DNA of 28,780 nucleotides from Octopus sinensis. Its lineage: Eukaryota. A program made the position numbers and the translations under genes. Each line of letters begins with the position of its first letter. Within the stretch, counting starts at the first letter, position 1. Shown here one piece after another: positions 21,197-28,780 of this stretch. Location: contig NW_021833482.1 in NCBI RefSeq assembly GCF_006345805.1, positions 1-28,780 on the forward strand. Reading direction: 5' to 3'. Below the pieces are notes generated by a model, which saw only the letters and a list, made by a program, of their open reading frames with translations, ran no database searches and was not told the DNA's origin.

Positions 21197-21602
21197 CTGT
21201 TTTACGAGTCTGACTTTGTGTGGACGTCCTAGTATGCAGTCCTGCAAAATATATTCTCCTGGACGGTCGTACCGAAGATCTACGGACAATTACGTAAGTA
21301 AGATTATGTAATTTCTTGATAGTGAAACACGTATACGAATAATCCATATTTTTATTGCTTTTTCTTTTGTCTTGCTCGATTACGTTTTGGCTGTTTTACA
21401 AAATTTTTCTTGAGAATATTTCTTAGTGGTGCGACCGTAGCGGATCCATTTCTAGCATAAGGGTGTCCACATAGTGGTTTCTCTCTCATATATATATGTA
21501 TATATATAATACAATTTTACTGAACCTTCAGTATACTAGACCACTGGTGTGAAATTGAAGTTAATTGAACTAATATCTAATTTCTCACCCTCATATTAAA
21601 TT
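21197..21602 (+). repeat. ~410-bp direct repeat, copy 2
   Basis: Collinear with 20642-21060; start offset 555 bp; 136-bp spacer. Confidence 0.9.
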
Positions 21603-21759
21603 ATATATATATATTTACACGTACACACACGCACGCACTCACACGCACGCCAGCACACACATACACACACACATATGTATATATATTAATGTATATATGT
21701 AGGTATATGTATATGTATATATACATACATATATATATATGTGTATATATATATATATA

Positions 21760-21806
<47 letters not shown>

Positions 21807-21860
21807 GACATACATACACATCTACACACACACACACACACACAAACATATATATATATA
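21603..21860. repeat. compound (TA)n/(CA)n microsatellite
   Basis: Read directly. Confidence 0.9.
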
Positions 21861-21861
21861 C

Positions 21862-22016
21862 TTCGCAGGATTTCTCATTTTTGCCAGCTGAGTGGACTGG
21901 AGCAACGTGAAATGAAGAAATTATGCTCACGAATTCAACGCATCGCCCGGCCCAGGAATCGAAACCGCAATATTACGATCCATGTTGCAATACCCTTATC
22001 AACTAAGCCATGCGCT
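21862..22016 (-). mobile_element. tRNA-derived SINE fragment, type E (3'-truncated)
   Basis: Minus strand: gcgcatggcttagttg (A box), ggtttcgattcc (B-box-like), then cacgttgctccagtccactcagctggcaaaaatgag. Confidence 0.7.
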
Positions 22017-22332
22017 CCCCTCGCACACGTGGCCATACACACACACACACACACACCTATACACAAAGATATATAACTAATATATTTTCATGCACACATG
22101 TACGTGAACGATCATATAACCATATCTATTAAAATAAGAGCAGTTGGCCATGGAGTCCTTCTCTTATACATGTAGCTTAAGGCCACATATATTTTCCCAT
22201 TCAATGCTTGATCATAAATGTGGCTGATATTATGCTCAACTCACATTAGTACGGCTTACCGCCAACAGGCAAGTACAGCACCGCAATTTCTTTATCAATC
22301 TGACGACATCTTTCTTCAAACAGCGTGAAGAG

Positions 22333-22538
<206 letters not shown>

Positions 22539-22544
22539 TTCAAT

Positions 22545-22743
22545 ATGTGACCGCGTGTCTATGGTTGGCGATTTTCTTTCTCCGTCTTCCCTTCCTTGCA
22601 CATATCCTTTTATTCTATATTTATGACGAAGAGCTCCGCTCGAAAGTTAAACCTTCCTTTCTTTTCCTGAGCGTCCAATAACACTATACTTATTCCACAT
22701 CCTCGCGTTCTTGTGTTTTCTCTTTGTTTGTACTTGGATTAAC
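22545..22743 (+). mobile_element. ~200-bp hammerhead-bearing repeat (Penelope pseudo-LTR-like), copy 2
   Basis: Collinear with 14140-14346; microsatellites on both sides. Confidence 0.7.
22620..22652 (+). ncRNA. hammerhead-like motif HH2, degenerate copy
   Basis: TTT-ATGACGA-A-GAGC-TCC-GCTC-GAAA-G-T-T-AAA: C3 changed to A, stem III C missing, stem II identical to 14224-14234. Confidence 0.5.
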
Positions 22744-22863
22744 TATATATATATATATATATACGTACTATGCCTTATGTACATATATATTTGAAATTAA
22801 GTATGTATCTGTTTACGTATTTGTATGGGTGTATATATATAATATATATATATATATATTATA

Positions 22864-22899
<36 letters not shown>

Positions 22900-22915
22900 C
22901 TGATATCCTGTTTGT
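22743..22915. repeat. TA-rich microsatellite tract
   Basis: Read directly. Confidence 0.85.
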
Positions 22916-23235
22916 TGTTATTGTTTTAAGGCAATGTGGTGTGTCATTAATCTGGTCTTCAATAGTAAATGAAATAGAATATATTAGGTTAAACGGCGCA
23001 GTTATGATCGAAGATAAAGAATTAGACAAATAATGTTATATTGGCGCCATCTTCAATATTGTACCAGCAAAACGTGTAGAGAAAAAAATAATAAGTATTA
23101 TGTAAATGATTCTTTATTTTTCTCCATATACATACACAATACACGGCTTCATATTGGTAGGCATACGTTTACACGCACTCATACAGATAAGAACACATGT
23201 AATTTTGTATGCATTCTAGAAACACAGTCACAAAC

Positions 23236-23250
23236 ACACAGGCACACATA

Positions 23251-23283
<33 letters not shown>

Positions 23284-23352
23284 CTATATATATGTATGTG
23301 TGTGTGTATCTATATCTATTTATCTATCTCTATATATATATGTGTGTATATA

Positions 23353-23392
<40 letters not shown>

Positions 23393-23401
23393 CATATATA
23401 T

Positions 23402-23446
<45 letters not shown>

Positions 23447-23476
23447 TAGATAGATATACACACACACATACATATA

Positions 23477-23514
<38 letters not shown>

Positions 23515-23587
23515 TAGATGTAGCAAGAGGTTATCACGTAAAAATATACGAAGCATGTATATAAATCGAAGTTTATGCTTGTGAGTT

Positions 23588-23624
<37 letters not shown>

Positions 23625-23688
23625 AAAACAGGGAGAGAAAGAGAGTGAGTGAGAGAAAGAGAGAGAGAAGAAGAGAGAGAGAGAGAGT
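23236..23688. repeat. compound (CA)n/(TA)n/(GT)n/(GA)n microsatellites
   Basis: Read directly. Confidence 0.9.
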
Positions 23689-23859
23689 GCGTGAATAGTG
23701 TATGTATACTTGTCGGTCCAAAAATTGATGCAAACCAAAAATTAGGTTGTACCTATGTATATTCTTACATGCATACACGCATCCACCTGACTATGTATCA
23801 ATGTACTATGTCTAAATGTATGTGCTATATATACCTGCGAATATAACTACGTGTAATAC

Positions 23860-23869
23860 ATACGTAAAT

Positions 23870-23927
<58 letters not shown>

Positions 23928-24201
23928 GCACATATATTATACACGTATATATGTATATATATATCTATTTGTATATATATATATATGTATATATATATAT
24001 CTATTTCTATCTATCTATATATATACATATACATATACATATACATGTATACATATACATATATGTAATATATATATATATATATAATATAATATATATA
24101 TATATATAAACATATATGTATATATATATATATAGTAGATATACAGGGTAGGAAAATTATATATGCATACGCATCAATATACAAGTAACGTATTCTACAT
24201 G

Positions 24202-24235
<34 letters not shown>

Positions 24236-24330
24236 ATATATATATACTACACACACACACACGCACACACACACACACACATACATACACACACACACAC
24301 ACACAACACACACACACACACATATATATA
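23860..24330. repeat. compound (CA)n/(TA)n microsatellite field
   Basis: Read directly. Confidence 0.9.
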
Positions 24331-24722
24331 AACACATCTTGAAAAAAATACAAAAGTAAAGCACCAATTATTTTATCGGAAAATAATAAAATAACCGAAA
24401 TTAATAACGTTTTTGAGCTCTCGAAGATAATTGTAAAATAAATATTAAAGAAAAAGGATGGTACCTGCTAAATGTAAGTATATACTTCATATACAACTAT
24501 TAAAATATGATTGAATGGCATATCTTGAAATATTAAAGGAAACGATGGAAAAGCAGTTGCATATTTCTATTGTAACAGGGGAATATGTAAGCGGTGTATA
24601 GTTGTAGAAAATTGAATGTTACGGTAATAATACCTTTGTTGATACAGGAAACATATTCTTTATGAAACGACGTCGCCTTGTGTGAATATTAGAAACAACC
24701 ATTTAGTAAAAGGCAATCGCTT

Positions 24723-26240
24723 ATTCTGAGGAAAGCAAAAGCTGGGTATGTATTCAAGAGCCGCCAACAAAAGGTCAACCATTTGTTAATCATGGATGAC
24801 CTCAAACATTATGGTAACGATGAATCCCAAGTCAGTTCCCTCGTTGATATAATGCATACCTACTGTGCTGATATCAGAATGGAGTTCGGACTGAGAAAGT
24901 ATGGTGTGTTAGTATTGAAGAGAAGCAAAATGAAATGTATGGGCGGACTAACGATAACGTCAGGGGAGGTTATGGAGCAGATAGAAGAGACGGGCTATAA
25001 GTACTTGGGGATTTTGGAAATGGATAAATTGATGGAGAAAGAAATGACAGAAAAATTTAAGGTGGAGTATTTGCGCAGACTGAGACTGACCCTTAAGTCG
25101 AAATTAAACGAACGGAATAAGATCGAAGCTATGAACACTTGGGAGGTTTTACTCCTTAGATATGGAGCAGGAGTAATCGCATTGACAGTAGACGAACTAA
25201 ACAACTTAGACAGAAAGACAAGGAAGTTGCTAACTAGATACGGGGTCACTCCACCCTAAAAGTAACACAGACAGACTGTGTGTACCAAGGAAAAGAGGGA
25301 GAAGAGGACTTATTGGATGCGAACACAGCATTAGAGCAGAAGAAAACAACATAGCATGGTAGAATTAAGAATTTCAGGCTTGTGTAGGATGATAGATTGC
25401 AAAGATAAAGCACTGTACAAGAAATTGAAAACGGATGAAACTGAAAATAGGTGGGTAAAGAAAAGAATGTATGATTAATTTCATAAGGTAGTTGTGGATG
25501 ACTAAAACTGATTTAAAACCGGAAACGGAGGCTCTAATCTGTGCTGTCCAAGAAGAAGCACCAAGAACAAACTACATAAAATACAGAATAGACAACACAG
25601 CAGAAAGTGATAAGTGCAGAATCTGTGGACAAAACGGTGAAACTCTATGGCATATTTCCAGCCAATGTACGCCACTAGCCCAGAAGGAATATAAGAGACG
25701 TCACGACAATATAGTCAGGCTTGTCCATTGGACACTTTGCAACAAGTACTACCACAAATCTGAAAGCATTGTCGAAAATAGAAATGCAAAGATCCTGTAG
25801 GATTTTATGATTCAGTGTGACCATGAGATTGAGAATAGGAAGCTGGAGATAGTCTTAATTGAGAAAGAAAACAAACTATGCTGGATTATAGATCTAGCAA
25901 ACCCAGCTTACAGCAAGGTATGCGGTACGGAAGAAAGACAAGTCGAGAGATATGACAGGTTAGCTTGGGAAGTTAAGCAGTTGTGGTCAATGAAAAAAAG
26001 TAGCAGTAGTACCAATAATTGTCGGAGCCCTGAGAACAGTGAGCAAAAATCTCGAGAAGTACGTGGAACAAATAGGGGCTGTAATCAGGGTAGAGAACTT
26101 GCAGAAAACAGCACTGCTTGGAACCGCTGGAATACTCCGGAAGGTGCTCGAAAAGTACGAGGTGTTACCTTAGTTCACTGGTAGTGAAGAGCTGACACTG
26201 TAGTACATCTCCAGCGTTAGAAGCTGTGCATAGGCAATAC

Positions 26241-26243
<3 letters not shown>
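24723..26243 (+). mobile_element. R4/Dong-clade non-LTR retrotransposon remnant, 5'-truncated (RT, CCHC, restriction-like endonuclease, 3' UTR)
   Basis: NHLLIMDDLKHY, MEFGLRK, YKYLGILE, KSKLNERNK, LDRKTRKLLT, ETEALICAVQE, CRICGQNGETLWHISSQC, YKRRHD, KIL*DFMIQCDH, CWIIDLANP; ends at a (TAA)n run. Confidence 0.9.
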
Positions 26244-26273
<30 letters not shown>

Positions 26274-26288
26274 GTAATAGTAATAATA
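26244..26288. repeat. (TAA)n run at the LINE 3' end
   Basis: Read directly. Confidence 0.9.
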
Positions 26289-26289
26289 G

Positions 26290-26455
26290 TTTCTACAATA
26301 AGCATAAGGCATAAAATTTCGTGGGAGGGGGATAGTCGATTACATCGACACAAGTATTTGACTGGTACTTAATTTATCAACGCCCCCGAAAGGATGAAAG
26401 GCAAATTTGACCTCGGTGGAATGTGAACTCTGAACGTAATGACAGACGAAATACC
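26290..26455 (-). mobile_element. SINE family B-related host copy B1 (different 3' tail, head missing)
   Basis: Shares aaaggatgaaaggcaaa...cctcgg and gtcgattacatcgac with family B, but ends tttctacaataagcataaggc. Confidence 0.8.
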
Positions 26456-26689
26456 TATTTCTTTATTACCCACAAGGGGCTAAACACAGAGGAGACAAAC
26501 AAGGACAGATAAACTGATTAAGTCGATGTTATCGACCCCAGTGCGTAAATGGTACATAATTTATCGACCGCGAAAGGATGAAAGGCAAAGTCGACCTCGG
26601 ATAAATTTGAACTCGGAAGGTAACGGCAGACGAAATACGGCTACGCATTTCGCCCGGCGTGCTAACTTTTCTGCCAGCTCGCCGCCTTA
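26456..26689 (-). mobile_element. SINE family B copy B2, inserted in B1 with a 16-bp TSD
   Basis: Full length; flanked by tgacagacgaaatacc 26440-26455 and tgaccgatgaaatacc 26690-26705 (2 mismatches). Confidence 0.9.
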
Positions 26690-26705
26690 TGACCGATGAA
26701 ATACC

Positions 26706-26940
26706 TATTTCTTTTACTACCCACAAGGGGCTAAACATAGAGAGGACAAACAAGGACAGACATAGGTATTAAGTCGATTACATCGACCCCAGTGCGTAAC
26801 TGGTACTTAATTTATCGACCCCGAAAGGATGAAAGGCAAAGTCAACCTCAGCGGAATTTGAACTCAGAGCGTAACGGCAGCCGAAATACCGCTAGGTATT
26901 TTGCCCAGCGTACTAACGTTTCTGCCAGCTAGCTGCCTTA
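26706..26940 (-). mobile_element. SINE family B copy B3
   Basis: Full length; its tail abuts gaaatacc exactly as in B2. Confidence 0.9.
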
Positions 26941-27575
26941 AATAAGTTATCAACACACAGATTAAGTTGATCGTGTTATTCTTTCAACTACAAATCAGTC
27001 TCTCGCATGTTTGATGTAATTGTTAACACTTGGAGAATTATTTTGTTGTAACCCACGCTGAATCGTGGTGACTTAACAGAAGCCCTTCAGATTAAAAAAA
27101 ATATTCATCAAATGATAATGTAGGGGTGCAGGTACGACAAATATAAAACAGTTAATTTACATTTCAGGTGAATTAAGTTATGCTTTAATCATTATATATC
27201 AGGATAAAGGTCATCAGCGGTTTTCATAATAAACCATTGAAGAAAATATTAGCATAACAGACACGTCAGGATAATAGACATAATAATAGAGAAGCAAAAC
27301 GGATACGTCACAAGAGCACTGCCTAAGCAAGAATTTATTTACTTATTACTTTTATGTAGTAATGAAAGAAGCTTGTTTATAATTTCTGAATAGTACGGAG
27401 TAAGTAATACTTGTAAAGACTTCTGTTAAAACGAAACACTGGTAAGGATTCACACACGAACGTTATTAAGGGTAAGATAATGTTTAGAGAGGGTAGAAAA
27501 TATAAAATATCACAAGGAATAAAAACGAAAAAAGATTACTGATTTAGAATACTTACAACAAATATACAACAAACC

Positions 27576-27739
27576 ATAATAATGATAATAATTAATTAAT
27601 AATAATAATAATATATAATAATATAATAATACATAAATAATAATAATAATATCAGTATAATATAATAATCAAAATAATAAAAATATTAATAAAAATATAA
27701 TAATGATTAATAGTAAATAATATGAATACATAATACCCC

Positions 27740-27770
<31 letters not shown>

Positions 27771-27780
27771 GTAACACATA

Positions 27781-27821
<41 letters not shown>

Positions 27822-27855
27822 AATAATAATAATAATATTAATAATAATTATAATG

Positions 27856-27889
<34 letters not shown>

Positions 27890-27917
27890 TAATAATAATA
27901 ATAATAATGATAATAAA
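27576..27917. repeat. long (TAA)n/(TGA)n microsatellite field
   Basis: Read directly; pure (TGA)n near 27782-27820. Confidence 0.95.
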
Positions 27918-28193
27918 TAAATGAGAAAGAAAGCAAACGATGCTGGATCATAGATATAGCATTCCCAGCTGAAAAAAGTATGCTATAATTAAGAATGAAA
28001 AGTCGATAGATATAACAGGTTCGCTTGGGAGGTTAAGCAGTTGTGGACGTTGAAAAAAGTGGCAATAGTACCAATAATTGTTGGAGCCCTGGGAACAGTG
28101 AGTACAAATCTTGAGAAGTACATGGAACAAATAGGGGCTGTTATAAAGGTGGAGCACTTGCATAAAACAGCACTGCTTGGAACCACTCGAATA
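27917..28193 (+). mobile_element. second R4/Dong-like fragment (endonuclease region only)
   Basis: Collinear with 25857-26134: CWIIDIAFP...WEVKQLWTLKKVAIVPIIVGALGTVSTNLEKY...KTALLGT. Confidence 0.88.
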
Positions 28194-28780
28194 GTAATAA
28201 CAGTAAAAATAATGATAATGAAGAATGATGCGAGATTTTTTAGACAGAAGAAGGAACAAACTTTATAATAAAACCTGAAACGAAGAAACCAATTATGGAA
28301 TGAAAAGTGTGGAAAAATTCAGAGATACCTAAACAAATTATCTAATTAGGGAATAGAAGAATAGAATTTAACATTACGAAGTTGTAAAGTACGATAGCAT
28401 GGAGATGCTGGAATGATTTTGATAGAATATTTATATATTTATCTCTTACAAAGCGAATTTAAAATGTATTCCGGAACTTGGAAGTGTGAGCGCTTTTCTA
28501 GACGTTTAAATTATATAGTAAGTATCTAAAATACTAACAACACAACTGTCCAAAATTTTGTTTTAATGAATATCAGAGCTGATAAAAGATTCACTGAAGC
28601 CGTCAAAAACGGCTGAGGCAAAAAATGGCAACGTAATTACGGTTGTTTTGAAGATAAGAGTTGAGTTAATCCGCAGCGCTCGTCTGCAATTATCCAGTAA
28701 ATTCGGTCTGATTAAAATTTTTAGTTGGAGTGAGAAGATATCTGTGGTAGGTATCTTTTATCTTTTAATGTTGCAGTCAT

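Noticed and set aside
20642-21602. TRIM or LTR pair
   Set aside because: No TG...CA termini, PBS, polypurine tract or flanking TSD found.
26440-26940. CRISPR-like or satellite array
   Set aside because: The units are recognisable SINE copies in a eukaryotic context.
27000-28560. Very degraded LINE flanking the TAA field (for example RNQLWNEKCGKIQRYL)
   Set aside because: Only faint resemblance, with no catalytic motif recoverable.

Overview
Gene-poor, AT-rich eukaryotic DNA made almost entirely of microsatellites and decayed transposable elements. The SINE families and extreme (TA)n/(CA)n/(TATC)n density resemble an octopus genome (inference). I see no supportable host protein-coding gene, rRNA or true tRNA, and most ORF-track entries are microsatellite artefacts. 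Contents: 14 tRNA-headed SINE copies in 5 sequence types; three Tc1/mariner remnants; an internally deleted Ty3/Gypsy element (5' LTR, PBS, gag, protease, integrase); two clades of restriction-like-endonuclease LINE remnants (HERO-like and R4/Dong-like); a Penelope-type GIY-YIG remnant; and unclassified repeats. The most interesting signal is a set of type-I hammerhead-ribozyme-like motifs in short pyrimidine-rich, microsatellite-flanked repeats that resemble Penelope pseudo-LTRs: three good candidates and two weak ones. Also notable are repeated SINE-into-SINE insertion at one nucleotide, module swapping between SINEs, and a four-layer TE nest. All alignments and folds were done by eye.
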